32,000 bases of DNA from Candidatus Thalassarchaeaceae archaeon (GCA_045568075.1 JBJLBP010000001.1:930001-962000); one strand, 5' to 3'; shown: positions 7,604 through 16,500, counted from the first letter of the stretch. Notes: generated by a model from the letters alone, not told the origin. Made by a program: numbers and translations.

Positions 7604-9077
7604 GAAGCGTCTGAGTGTGCTCTCATTGCTGTGTCTCGCGGTGTTGTTGGCGACCTCGAACAGCACTCAGGCGGACTCTACAGATGATCCGACTCTCATC
7701 AGCATCGATGTGGAGAATGGTGCCAGCACTATGGACACTATTACTTTCTCAGGGATAGTAGAAGATGAGTCAGAGCCTTCCGAATTTTTTTGGCGAGTCG
7801 CTAAGAATGGTTCAACATTCGATGGGGGAGATCTCAAATCTTCTCTTGATGAAATCGATTCAACCAGTAGTCGGCCACAGTGGGCTTGGTCATTCGATCT
7901 CTCGTTCGATGCAACTGGAGAATGTGCTTGCTACGTCAGTTTGCATTCGAAGGATACTTCGGGCACCGAGAAGATGGAAACACGTGTCGTATTCATGGCC
8001 GCCGAGAATACTACACATCTTCTCGGCTTCCTAATCGCAGAAGATCAAGCTGGGATGTTAGTCGAAGGCTCTCTAAGTATCAGTGGATGGATTGGAACTT
8101 ATCTCGATGACGAGATGACACTTGGAATTCAGAGCTCTCTCGCTCAAGGTCTCATTACAGCATCTCATACCCCTGATGTCTTTGCTTGCTCCGGTTCATC
8201 GACAGCACAACAAGTAACGGTACTCTCAGGTGGTTATTTCGAAATCGATTGGGATATATCATCAAAACTTGATGGCTGGCTGAATGTAGAATTGATGGCT
8301 TGTTCTCTTGAGCAAGCCTTCTCTGACGGCGCCATGATACATTACTCAATTCGTGTGAATAACGCACCTCCAATCATCAAAGTAGATGGCATCGATTCTG
8401 TAGAAGAAACAAATGAGTGGCACACCTTCGATGCCTCAATGACTGAAGATCCTTATTGGGGAAGGACTGACATGTACTATGTTTGGACACTAAGACGCCC
8501 CTCTCACACTGGAACGATACCTGTCGATGTCCAGATGGGTGATGATTTGACCGCTTACAGCGTATCTGCTACAAGTTGTGGTAATTTCACGCTTAGTCTC
8601 ACCGTTTACGATCAAGGAGGACTTTCATCAACAAGCGTGGTTGAATTTGATATTCACAATCGTGTCCCTACCGCTTCTCTGTCTATTGATGGGATTTCGG
8701 TCTCCGATGGCGAAGAAATACGTCTTAAGGCGCCTTCCAATACTCTAATCGATGCCACTTTAAGCACAGATACGGAGAACGATGCAGGTGCACTACGCTG
8801 CATTTGGCTCTTTGACGGTGTTCCATTATACGAGGGTTGCAATCGGGATTTCGTTTGGCCTGAAGATAGTGTATATCGCGCTTGGTTGACGCTCGAAGTT
8901 ATCGATGACGACGGCGAGGTGGCAACTCTCTCGGTACAATTGGTCCATCCTGACGAAGTCAAGCCATTCCCTGTAGTTCTTATCGGTCTAGTTTTCAGTG
9001 CTCTTTTCCTGACTTATGCCATAGCTCAACGCCTTCGTGGAGGCAGTGAGAAGAGTATTCCAAAGTGGAAGCCCTGA
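7602..9077 (+). CDS. Exported PKD-domain surface protein with a C-terminal TM anchor
   Basis: Signal peptide 'LSVLSLLCLAVLLATSNS'. PKD-like segment 'YYVWTLRR...GNFTLSLTVYDQGGLSSTSVVEFDIHN' and a second Ig-like segment. C-terminal helix 'FPVVLIGLVFSALFLTYAIA' followed by a basic tail. Confidence 0.7.
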   Translation: MKRLSVLSLLCLAVLLATSNSTQADSTDDPTLISIDVENGASTMDTITFSGIVEDESEPSEFFWRVAKNGSTFDGGDLKSSLDEIDSTSSRPQWAWSFDLSFDATGECACYVSLHSKDTSGTEKMETRVVFMAAENTTHLLGFLIAEDQAGMLVEGSLSISGWIGTYLDDEMTLGIQSSLAQGLITASHTPDVFACSGSSTAQQVTVLSGGYFEIDWDISSKLDGWLNVELMACSLEQAFSDGAMIHYSIRVNNAPPIIKVDGIDSVEETNEWHTFDASMTEDPYWGRTDMYYVWTLRRPSHTGTIPVDVQMGDDLTAYSVSATSCGNFTLSLTVYDQGGLSSTSVVEFDIHNRVPTASLSIDGISVSDGEEIRLKAPSNTLIDATLSTDTENDAGALRCIWLFDGVPLYEGCNRDFVWPEDSVYRAWLTLEVIDDDGEVATLSVQLVHPDEVKPFPVVLIGLVFSALFLTYAIAQRLRGGSEKSIPKWKP

Positions 9078-9136
9078 ACAATTCCTCTCAGTTTATTGTC
9101 CCACAGTCCTAAGAACGCCTCACTCGTCGCGCAGAC

Positions 9137-10492
9137 GTGAGCAGTATGGTAGGGCTACCCTTCGATGAGGCTGAGTATCGCGGACGGCAGTCCCGATTTC
9201 TCGCTCAGGTTCCAGAGGATTCCTTGGTTCTGATTCCGACCAACCCAACGTCTACACGCTCAAACGATGTTACCTATCCATACCGCGCGAGCTCGTCAGT
9301 TCTGTATCTATGTGGATGGACTGACCCTGATGCTATTCTAATGGCTCAACACGGCGACTCAGGCTGGAATGTCTCCTTGTTTGTCCAACCTCAAGACACA
9401 CTTGCAGAAATCTGGGAAGGCCGGCGAATAGGTGTCGAGGGTGCCGTTGCTGGATGGCCTATTGATTCGGCGCACTCGCTAGATGATCTGGAAGATGTTG
9501 TTACCGGTGCTCTTTCCGAGTCCAAAGCAGTTCATTTAGTTCAGAAATTGCACGATGGGCTAGATGAATTAGTGAATTCAGCTCTTACGCGAAAGAGCCG
9601 CGATCGTAATACCTTCGGAAAGGGGCCACTGTCGATTACTGATCCTTCTTCGATTATTGACGAGATGAGGATGTGTAAATCAGCCGCTGAGGTTGCAGTG
9701 ATGCAAAGTTCGGCTAACTTGGCCGGCGAAGCACATGTCGCCGCCATGAAGGCTACACAACCAGGTATCGGTGAGTGGCAGGTTCAGGCTGCGATTGAGG
9801 GACATTTCCTTTCAGCAGGCTCGCAGTGGAGCTATCCTTCGATTGTTGGCGGCGGTGATAATGCAACTATTCTGCATTATCACGCGAATAATCAAAATGT
9901 CGAGGATGGTGAACTGATTCTCGTCGATGCAGGATGTGAGGTAGATGGATATGCATCGGACATCACCCGTACTTGGCCGGTTAACGGTAAGTTCAGTGAG
10001 GCTCAGCGAGAAATATACGAATTGGTTTTGTCTGCCGAGTTGGCTGGTATTGATGCCTGTCGTGTGGGTGTTCCTTGGAATGCTTCGCACAAGGCTACGA
10101 TGGAAGTCATATCACGTGGGCTAATCGATTTAGGTGTGCTAGATTGTACTTTCGATGAAGCCATGGGCGAGAATCTCGATGGAAAGACACGTCAATTCTT
10201 CATGCACGGCACTAGTCACTCACTTGGTCTGGACGTCCATGATGTTGGTGTCACTCGACCTGGAGGTGAGGGTGATGGAAGGCTACTCGAGGCGGGCATG
10301 GTCTTGACTGTTGAACCTGGATTATATTTCGGCTCTTGGCGATCGGACATCGAAGTTCCAGAGCGTTATTCTGGAATCGGTATTCGAATCGAAGATGATG
10401 TTTTGATTACCAAGGATGGCCCGGTAGTTCTGACAGCTTCGTGCCCAAAAACGGTTGCTGAAATAGAGGAACTGGTCGGTCAAGGAGCGTGA
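9137..10492 (+). CDS. pepP: Xaa-Pro aminopeptidase (M24B)
   Basis: 'ILHYHANN', 'LVDAGCEVDGYASDITRTWPVNGKF', 'HGTSHSLGLDVHD', 'VLTVEPGLYF' and 'GIRIEDDVLIT' supply the metal-ligand blocks of M24B. The start is either GTG 9137 or ATG 9146. Confidence 0.85.
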   Translation: MSSMVGLPFDEAEYRGRQSRFLAQVPEDSLVLIPTNPTSTRSNDVTYPYRASSSVLYLCGWTDPDAILMAQHGDSGWNVSLFVQPQDTLAEIWEGRRIGVEGAVAGWPIDSAHSLDDLEDVVTGALSESKAVHLVQKLHDGLDELVNSALTRKSRDRNTFGKGPLSITDPSSIIDEMRMCKSAAEVAVMQSSANLAGEAHVAAMKATQPGIGEWQVQAAIEGHFLSAGSQWSYPSIVGGGDNATILHYHANNQNVEDGELILVDAGCEVDGYASDITRTWPVNGKFSEAQREIYELVLSAELAGIDACRVGVPWNASHKATMEVISRGLIDLGVLDCTFDEAMGENLDGKTRQFFMHGTSHSLGLDVHDVGVTRPGGEGDGRLLEAGMVLTVEPGLYFGSWRSDIEVPERYSGIGIRIEDDVLITKDGPVVLTASCPKTVAEIEELVGQGA

Positions 10493-10497
10493 GCGCG

Positions 10498-11667
10498 ATG
10501 AGCGACTGGAGGGCAATCCTCGAGTCACAATTAGAGGTGAATCCACCTCGTTTGAGCGTTGAAGAAGCTACGCTACTTTACGACGAAGCCGATCAGAACG
10601 ATCTTCTCTTCGCAGGCCTCGAAATGCGCCGAAAGAGAGTCCCAGGAAACAAGGTGACTTATCTTGTTGATAGGAATGTGAATTATACAAATGTCTGTAC
10701 AATCAATTGCCAATTCTGTTCCTTCTACCGCCCACCCGGTCACGAAGAAACCTATACTCAAACAACCGATCAAATCAGCGCTCGTCTTTCCGAACTTGAG
10801 GCAATTGGAGGCTCTCGAGTATTGATGCAGGGCGGGGTTCACCCAGAATTACCGATTGAATGGTATCTTGACTTGCTCAATGAATTGAAATCCAGACACC
10901 CATCGATCGATCTCGATTGTTTTTCTCCAATCGAAATCGAAGGAATAGCGGAGGTTTGCGGCTTGTCAACAATCGAAGTGCTACGCCGCTTCAAGGATGC
11001 AGGAATGCACGGTTTACCCGGAGGCGGTGCCGAAATGCTCGTTGATGAAGTAAGGTTGGATATTTCACCAAAGAAAGGCGGTGCAGATAATTGGCTCCGA
11101 GTCATGCAAGAGGCGCAGCAACTAGGTCTGACGACCTCAGCGACCAACGTAATCGGATTCGGAGAGTCGAATCTTCATCGAGTCCAACACATGCAGCGAG
11201 TGCGTTCTTTGCAGGACGACAGCCTCAAGCAGGGTTTTGATGGTTTTACATCATTCATTGCATGGCCAGTCCAACTTGAGAACAATTCATTCGGAAAAAG
11301 AAATCGTGGCCAAAATCGTGTTGAATTGGGCGCGAGTGCTCACGAATATCTGCGTCATGTAGCGATTTCGAGATTATTCTTCGATAACATTCCTCACATC
11401 CAAGCTTCATGGCCTACTATGGGTATGGGGGTTGCTCAGATGGCTCTTTTTGCAGGGGCTGATGATGCTGGTTCTACGATGATGGAAGAGAATGTGGTAT
11501 CAGCATCTGGCACGACGAAAACACTTGCTGGAGAAGATGAATTGCAGTGGACTATCCTACGTGCAGGATTCGTGCCACAGAAGCGTGATTCCAATTATAG
11601 GCACCTTGAAACTGATGTCCTCGAAGAGGGAGTTCTACCCTGTCCTCCACCGCTTCAGCCGGCTTAA
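10498..11667 (+). CDS. Radical SAM enzyme of the MqnC/MqnE/CofH family, probably futalosine-route menaquinone synthesis
   Basis: 'NVNYTNVCTINCQFCSFYR' (CxxxCxxC), 'GGVHPELPIEWY', 'FSPIEIEG', 'LPGGGAEML' and 'SFIAWPVQ'. The ATG at 10498 follows AGGAG. The in-frame GTG at 10489 overlaps the pepP stop. Confidence 0.75.
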   Translation: MSDWRAILESQLEVNPPRLSVEEATLLYDEADQNDLLFAGLEMRRKRVPGNKVTYLVDRNVNYTNVCTINCQFCSFYRPPGHEETYTQTTDQISARLSELEAIGGSRVLMQGGVHPELPIEWYLDLLNELKSRHPSIDLDCFSPIEIEGIAEVCGLSTIEVLRRFKDAGMHGLPGGGAEMLVDEVRLDISPKKGGADNWLRVMQEAQQLGLTTSATNVIGFGESNLHRVQHMQRVRSLQDDSLKQGFDGFTSFIAWPVQLENNSFGKRNRGQNRVELGASAHEYLRHVAISRLFFDNIPHIQASWPTMGMGVAQMALFAGADDAGSTMMEENVVSASGTTKTLAGEDELQWTILRAGFVPQKRDSNYRHLETDVLEEGVLPCPPPLQPA

Positions 11668-12744
11668 TCAGTCCTTGGCGTCTTCCGAGCGTGCTCCCCT
11701 TAGGGGTAATTCATCGATTATTACAGGCTCATCGGTCTGTGGCATGATCACTGGCTTAACCCACCTAACACTCGTTCCATTCCATTCTGCATGAACATGA
11801 ATTTCCCAGTGGAAAGCGATTAGAGATGAGTAAATGGTTCCGGGCCAACTTTCCTCAGGCCCCTCTAATCGTATAGGAAACTCCGTACCGGATGGAACAT
11901 AGGGTCCGAGGGCGCGAACTCTTAGCGGTTCCAATAACAAAACTCGGGCATGTTCGACAGGTAATGGTGTAGCTTCACCTACACCAGTTCCATGCTCATC
12001 ACCTGATGATATTCGCTTATCTGGAAGTACAGTCGACATTCCAGGTGGTGGTTGACCTCCTTCGGGCCTGTTTGATGCTTGAAGCATGGTTTTCCTTTCT
12101 GGAATTGCCACACCGGCTTGAAGGTGAAATCCGTCAATTACAACACCCTCTGGTAGGTCCAAACTTTGCACCTCTAACCAACCATCACCAGTGGTGAAGG
12201 AGATATCTAGATCTTCGAGCGGCTTTGCTATGTACGCATTCTGTCGGGCAATATCTCTTGAATTTGCAATCATTCGAATAATAATTGGTAAAACGAAGAT
12301 CGGGAAGCTGATGAAGAGTAATTTTGGATAATCTAAGGGCCCAATTTTGTAGGATCCTTGGGTTAACCAGGAAAGGAATGGAATGTCACTGAGAGCAGGT
12401 GCAATAGCGTGGAGGAATAATGAAACGATTAGGAGCACGACAGTTGGAGCAATAGTCCGTCGAGCGACCGAGTGCAATGGGTCTGGATTGATGTACCATC
12501 CATTCCGGGTTCGCATCAGGAAAGGAAGAGTCGCGGTTGTAGTTACGGAATTTATTCTTGGAAGATTTTCATCACCAGGTTTTGTATTCCTCCATTCTAC
12601 TAGCCAACCATTTTCTGAACCGATTCTGAATGGTGTTGGTGGTGGGGAATTTGATGTAACTATAACTTCAGTGATAGGTAAAGATTCAGGGTCAACATTC
12701 GAGTGATCGAATGGTGGGTACCTGATTCTTTGAACCGATTCCAT
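11668..12744 (-). CDS. Hypothetical membrane protein: cytoplasmic N-domain, central TM helices, C-terminal beta-rich domain
   Basis: Long ORF 4 nt downstream of the reductase gene. Hydrophobic helices 'IAPTVVLLIVSLFLHAIAPAL' and 'LLFISFPIFVLPIIIRMI'. I recognised no family. Confidence 0.6.
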   Translation of the reverse strand: MESVQRIRYPPFDHSNVDPESLPITEVIVTSNSPPPTPFRIGSENGWLVEWRNTKPGDENLPRINSVTTTATLPFLMRTRNGWYINPDPLHSVARRTIAPTVVLLIVSLFLHAIAPALSDIPFLSWLTQGSYKIGPLDYPKLLFISFPIFVLPIIIRMIANSRDIARQNAYIAKPLEDLDISFTTGDGWLEVQSLDLPEGVVIDGFHLQAGVAIPERKTMLQASNRPEGGQPPPGMSTVLPDKRISSGDEHGTGVGEATPLPVEHARVLLLEPLRVRALGPYVPSGTEFPIRLEGPEESWPGTIYSSLIAFHWEIHVHAEWNGTSVRWVKPVIMPQTDEPVIIDELPLRGARSEDAKD

Positions 12745-12748
12745 TCAT

Positions 12749-14017
12749 TCATCCCCAAATCAGCGCTCTCGCTGCCTTACTGGTCAGCCTTCTGAATTCT
12801 GGAATATTCTTCAGCATCTTGATTCCGAGAGGGATTGGATTCTCGATTTCTCCAAATTCATCGATTAATTCAATCACTTCTGGACGAGACCAGACCGCCC
12901 AAATCTCGTCGAGTTCTTCATCAGTACACTCGGTCAAGAAGGCATTTCTCAATCCTCGGGATCTAGATTGACTTCGTCGTAATCCATCGAGGCTTGAATT
13001 CAAATTTCTAACAACAGTTGGTGAAAAATTATTCTCTTGGAGAGCCGAAACTAACCCTTCAATCATCAAGTCTACTTGATCGAATCCCTTGCCGATACCA
13101 CCTCCTGTAGTTGGTTTACAAAGTCCAGCTGCATCTCCGAATACAGCGACTCTTTGTTTCATAGGTTTGAGGATTAAGCCGGATGGGATCGGGCCACAAA
13201 ATCGGCCAACTTCGCGGCATTCTGCAAATCTTTCCTTCCAAACCTGTGATGATTTTAATGCTACGAGAAGGTCTTCACAAGATCTACCATTCAACCGCTC
13301 AGGTAACGTCCAATTTCCTATTCTCGTGGTGTCTCCTGATGGGATAGCCCATGCGAAGAATCCCGGAGCAATATCTTCACCAGTGAACATATCCAATCTA
13401 CCTTCTTCACCAGGATAACCAGTCACCTCGACTTGGAATCCTATCATCAATTCTTTCGGTCTACCCATTCTGAATGTGCGACGAACCCAAGAATGAGCTC
13501 CATCGGCGCCGCACAATAATTTGCAGGAAAATGATTGTAATTGACCATCGACATTGACATTTAATTCGACACCAGATTCCGTGACAACCGCCTCAACTGG
13601 CTTTGACGAAAGTAAAATGTCAGCCCCAATATCAAGGGCTTGAGTGACGACTCGCTCATCGAATAATTTTCTACAAACTGACCAAGTTCGTGTGGACTCT
13701 TCTGCCCCTATCTTAATTTCGATTCCCGATGGGCTGTACATTCTAGCGCCCCAAATCCTACTCAATACAGTGTCGTAGGCGCCGATTCTTTCCATTGCTG
13801 ATGGATTGACTAATCCTGCACATTGGAAAGGCCGACCGATTTCAGCATGCTCCTCTATGAGTAGCACACGCATGTCGTTTTCACTCAACCTCCTTGCTAG
13901 ATATCCACCAACGGGACCCGCGCCGATGATTATGACGTCATATTCGTTGCTTGACAAGAAGTCGACCTCCTGAGCAGTTGCCGAGGGTAGCTTGACGTGA
14001 GTGGCTTTTGATTTCAC
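12749..14017 (-). CDS. FAD-dependent geranylgeranyl reductase family protein (archaeal lipid/isoprenoid saturase type)
   Basis: 'YDVIIIGAGPVGGYLARRL' dinucleotide fold, 'FQCAGLV', 'CGADGAHSWVRR'. The GTG start overlaps the topA stop (GTGA). Confidence 0.85.
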   Translation of the reverse strand: MKSKATHVKLPSATAQEVDFLSSNEYDVIIIGAGPVGGYLARRLSENDMRVLLIEEHAEIGRPFQCAGLVNPSAMERIGAYDTVLSRIWGARMYSPSGIEIKIGAEESTRTWSVCRKLFDERVVTQALDIGADILLSSKPVEAVVTESGVELNVNVDGQLQSFSCKLLCGADGAHSWVRRTFRMGRPKELMIGFQVEVTGYPGEEGRLDMFTGEDIAPGFFAWAIPSGDTTRIGNWTLPERLNGRSCEDLLVALKSSQVWKERFAECREVGRFCGPIPSGLILKPMKQRVAVFGDAAGLCKPTTGGGIGKGFDQVDLMIEGLVSALQENNFSPTVVRNLNSSLDGLRRSQSRSRGLRNAFLTECTDEELDEIWAVWSRPEVIELIDEFGEIENPIPLGIKMLKNIPEFRRLTSKAARALIWG

Positions 14018-16290
14018 TTCTTTCGTTGACGCCTGCGCGCCTGAATAGTCTTTTTGAGGCGGTCGATGAGGGTGCTAGCATCATTCTTAGTGATCTCATC
14101 AATTGTGGTAGTATCAACCAAAGCCATTGCATCCTCGACCGCCATTTCGAGATTCTCACACATTGACTTGATTGTTGCGACTTGCTTCTCAGTTGCTGGA
14201 GAATTTCGGTCTCTTTGAATCAAATCATTGATGACTCGGCTTGCAGTACCTTCTCGACCACCAGTTAAAGAATCAAGATCTTCCAATTCTCTTTCTTTGA
14301 GGAATTGGTCCAAATCGATACTATGCTTATCAGCGAGTTTGATGATGAGAGCCATTTGCTTCTCACTCGGTGGGACATCACCGGAATCTTCACCGTTCAT
14401 TGCTTCGATAATCCTACGGGCATCATCTCCTGTGAGTTCCTCGTAGTCCTTCCCTTGAAGGAATTTGGAGCGGACATCATCTTCCATCCGAACTAATCTA
14501 TTTTTCATGTAATTCATTTGCTTCGGAGTAGGTTTTTGTTTTCGCAATTCTAGCGCGCTATTGTGCATGGCGCGAAAATCTCCAACGAAAGTGTGCCAGA
14601 CATCCGCACCGCTAGAATTCCCACCTTCAACTTGGTCGAGATTAGCTTCCATCAAAGCTGTAAATCTCGGTGTGAATAGTCCCTCCGACATAGTTCCTGA
14701 TGAGTCGCCGCCCGTACCGTAAAACGGGACGACTTCAGTCCAGAGTGTCCTTCCTTGGTCAGTTGGACTCAATGATGAGCCATCCTTGAGAGCATATCCT
14801 CTGTCAACCAATTTACCAACAGTTGTGAGGTAAGTGGAAGGTCGCCCGATATCTGCTTTCTTCATTTCTTGAATAATTGAACTCTCAGTGAATCGGCGAG
14901 GTGGTTTTGTTTCGTCCGATATCATACGGGGATTTTCCTTTTTCTTCTGGAAGGACCATGCCGAGCCGATCTCGAATCCTACAGCAGGTGGGCTCGTCAT
15001 GACTGTTTTTCCATCAGAATAGACTGCTTCCCATCCACTGTGTATTCTCCAAGAAGATGTACCATACAGGGGCTTTTCTAGACCGGGGACACTAGCAGTT
15101 AGATCCCGCCGTTCGCGAACCGAATCTGACATTTGGCTCGCGGCGAAGCGCGCCCAAATCAAGCGATACAGGGCTTGTTGATCTGCATCGACTCCATCAA
15201 GCGTGCGCGCTTCCGGCTGAGTTGGCCGAATTGCTTCGTGAGCATCTTGTACATTCTTTGCACCCTTGTGTGCGTCTGAGCCTAGGGAACCTGATCCTAG
15301 GTGATTCGCACCGTATTCCTTTTCGATTACCTTTCTGACTCTGTCTCTTGCATCTTTGTTTGTTCTTGTCGAATCAGTTCGAATGTAAGTGATATGGCCG
15401 GCTTGGTAGAGTCCGGTGGCTACTCGATTAGTCCGTGAAATCGCCCAGCCCATTCTACCATTGGCGCCCCTAAGCATCGTCTCTGTGGTGAATGGTGGTT
15501 GTGGCCGTCGGTTGGTCTTGCCTTCTTTTACAGTCTCGAGGGTCACAGCCCCGGCCTTGCGCGTAGCGTCTTCTGCAGAACTTGCTAGATCTCCATCATA
15601 GGTCCGGTCAGGATGATGTTTCCCATCATCTCCAGTCCATGCCTCTGAGTCAGTCTTCTCGTGGAATCTAACTTTGAACGTGACTGCATTCGAATCGACT
15701 TGTACTGAGTGGTATGGGATTGGCACGTGGGCTTCTCGTTCAAGTTCACGGTCGACGATGAAGCCGAGTGTTGGGGTCTGAACTCTTCCCATTGATGCGA
15801 GGCTCCAAGATCGGCTGAATCTTGAGCATCGGAACCCAACCAATCTGTCCATAAATCGACGTACTTTTGCAGCGTCGACTAGGTCCATGTCGATTTCACG
15901 TGGATTTGAGATTGCATCTTGAACAGCATTGTTAGTTATCTCGTTAAATGAGACCCTGTGAATGGTTGGGAACTCGTGAAAGATTTCCTTCAATCTCCAT
16001 GCGATGAATTCTCCTTCTCGATCTGGGTCGGTCGCGATATAGATTTCATCGACCTTCTTTGTCTGGGCTTTCTTCAATAGCGCACTCATCGTTTTCTCGG
16101 CTCTCTCAGTAAAACTCCAGGGAGGCTTAGGAAGCTCTCCTGGCTTAGAAGACCACATGGCCTTGTTGTCCTGCTTGCTGCGGCCACGATTTGGTAGATC
16201 CTGAACGTGGCCGTTACACGCATCGACAATCCATCCACGCCCGAGATACTTCTTGACGGTGCGAGCTTTGGCTCCAGATTCCAGAATCAT
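14014..16290 (-). CDS. topA: DNA topoisomerase I (type IA) with a non-canonical repeat-containing C-terminus
   Basis: Toprim 'MILESGAKARTVKKYLG', 'GHVQDLP', 'IYIATDPDREGEFIAWRL'. Active-site 'GHITYIRTDS'. I prefer ATG 16290 (giving 'MILESGAK') over the upstream TTG at 16314 in the ORF track. Confidence 0.9.
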   Translation of the reverse strand: MILESGAKARTVKKYLGRGWIVDACNGHVQDLPNRGRSKQDNKAMWSSKPGELPKPPWSFTERAEKTMSALLKKAQTKKVDEIYIATDPDREGEFIAWRLKEIFHEFPTIHRVSFNEITNNAVQDAISNPREIDMDLVDAAKVRRFMDRLVGFRCSRFSRSWSLASMGRVQTPTLGFIVDRELEREAHVPIPYHSVQVDSNAVTFKVRFHEKTDSEAWTGDDGKHHPDRTYDGDLASSAEDATRKAGAVTLETVKEGKTNRRPQPPFTTETMLRGANGRMGWAISRTNRVATGLYQAGHITYIRTDSTRTNKDARDRVRKVIEKEYGANHLGSGSLGSDAHKGAKNVQDAHEAIRPTQPEARTLDGVDADQQALYRLIWARFAASQMSDSVRERRDLTASVPGLEKPLYGTSSWRIHSGWEAVYSDGKTVMTSPPAVGFEIGSAWSFQKKKENPRMISDETKPPRRFTESSIIQEMKKADIGRPSTYLTTVGKLVDRGYALKDGSSLSPTDQGRTLWTEVVPFYGTGGDSSGTMSEGLFTPRFTALMEANLDQVEGGNSSGADVWHTFVGDFRAMHNSALELRKQKPTPKQMNYMKNRLVRMEDDVRSKFLQGKDYEELTGDDARRIIEAMNGEDSGDVPPSEKQMALIIKLADKHSIDLDQFLKERELEDLDSLTGGREGTASRVINDLIQRDRNSPATEKQVATIKSMCENLEMAVEDAMALVDTTTIDEITKNDASTLIDRLKKTIQARRRQRKK

Positions 16291-16404
16291 TAACTTCAAA
16301 GAAACCACTCTCAAATTTCTGAGGCGCTGCTGGCGGATGTCAGCATACCTCGATTCGCGGTGGCAACAATTACCCTGTATAAACGTGAGTGGCGGTGGAG
16401 CGAT

Positions 16405-16470
16405 GCAACGCGCGCACGCTCACGCGTGTGTGGCGCGCGCGCCCTGTGTACGCGCGCGAGAGAAGCGCCG
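16405..16470. other. Alternating purine-pyrimidine (CG)n/(TG)n GC-rich element with nested hairpins
   Basis: 'caacgcgcgcacgctcacgcgtgtgtggcgcgcgcgccctgtgtacgcgcgcgagagaagcgccg'. Contains CACGC-tcac-GCGTG and CGCGCGCG...CGCGCGCG self-complementary arms. I saw it only once in the window. Confidence 0.5.
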
Positions 16471-16500
16471 ATTGCAGCCATTAGGAGCCTTTTCTCCAAA

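Noticed and set aside
7289-7666. 125-aa minus-strand ORF across the kinase 3' end and the PKD gene 5' end
   Set aside because: It overlaps two well-supported plus-strand genes and the intergenic hairpin, and it has no motifs.
13089-13418. 109-aa ORF antisense to the geranylgeranyl reductase
   Set aside because: Shadow ORF inside a gene with clear FAD-binding and family motifs. The translation is Pro/Ser-rich.
16291-16314. TTG start for topA given by the ORF track
   Set aside because: The ATG at 16290 yields 'MILESGAKARTV', the canonical TopA N-terminus. The extra 8 residues have no counterpart.
16378-16383. TTTATA (minus strand) as the topA promoter TATA box
   Set aside because: It lies ~88 nt from the preferred ATG, so it would imply a ~60-nt leader. 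An AAATTT at ~16313-16318 fits a leaderless transcript equally well. This is too ambiguous to list as a feature without TSS data.
16330-16400. Possible tRNA in the topA upstream spacer ('...catacctcgattcgcggtgg...')
   Set aside because: I could build only a 4-bp T-arm-like stem containing a G:U pair. There is no GTTCGAATC-type T-loop, no acceptor-stem complementarity and no anticodon arm.
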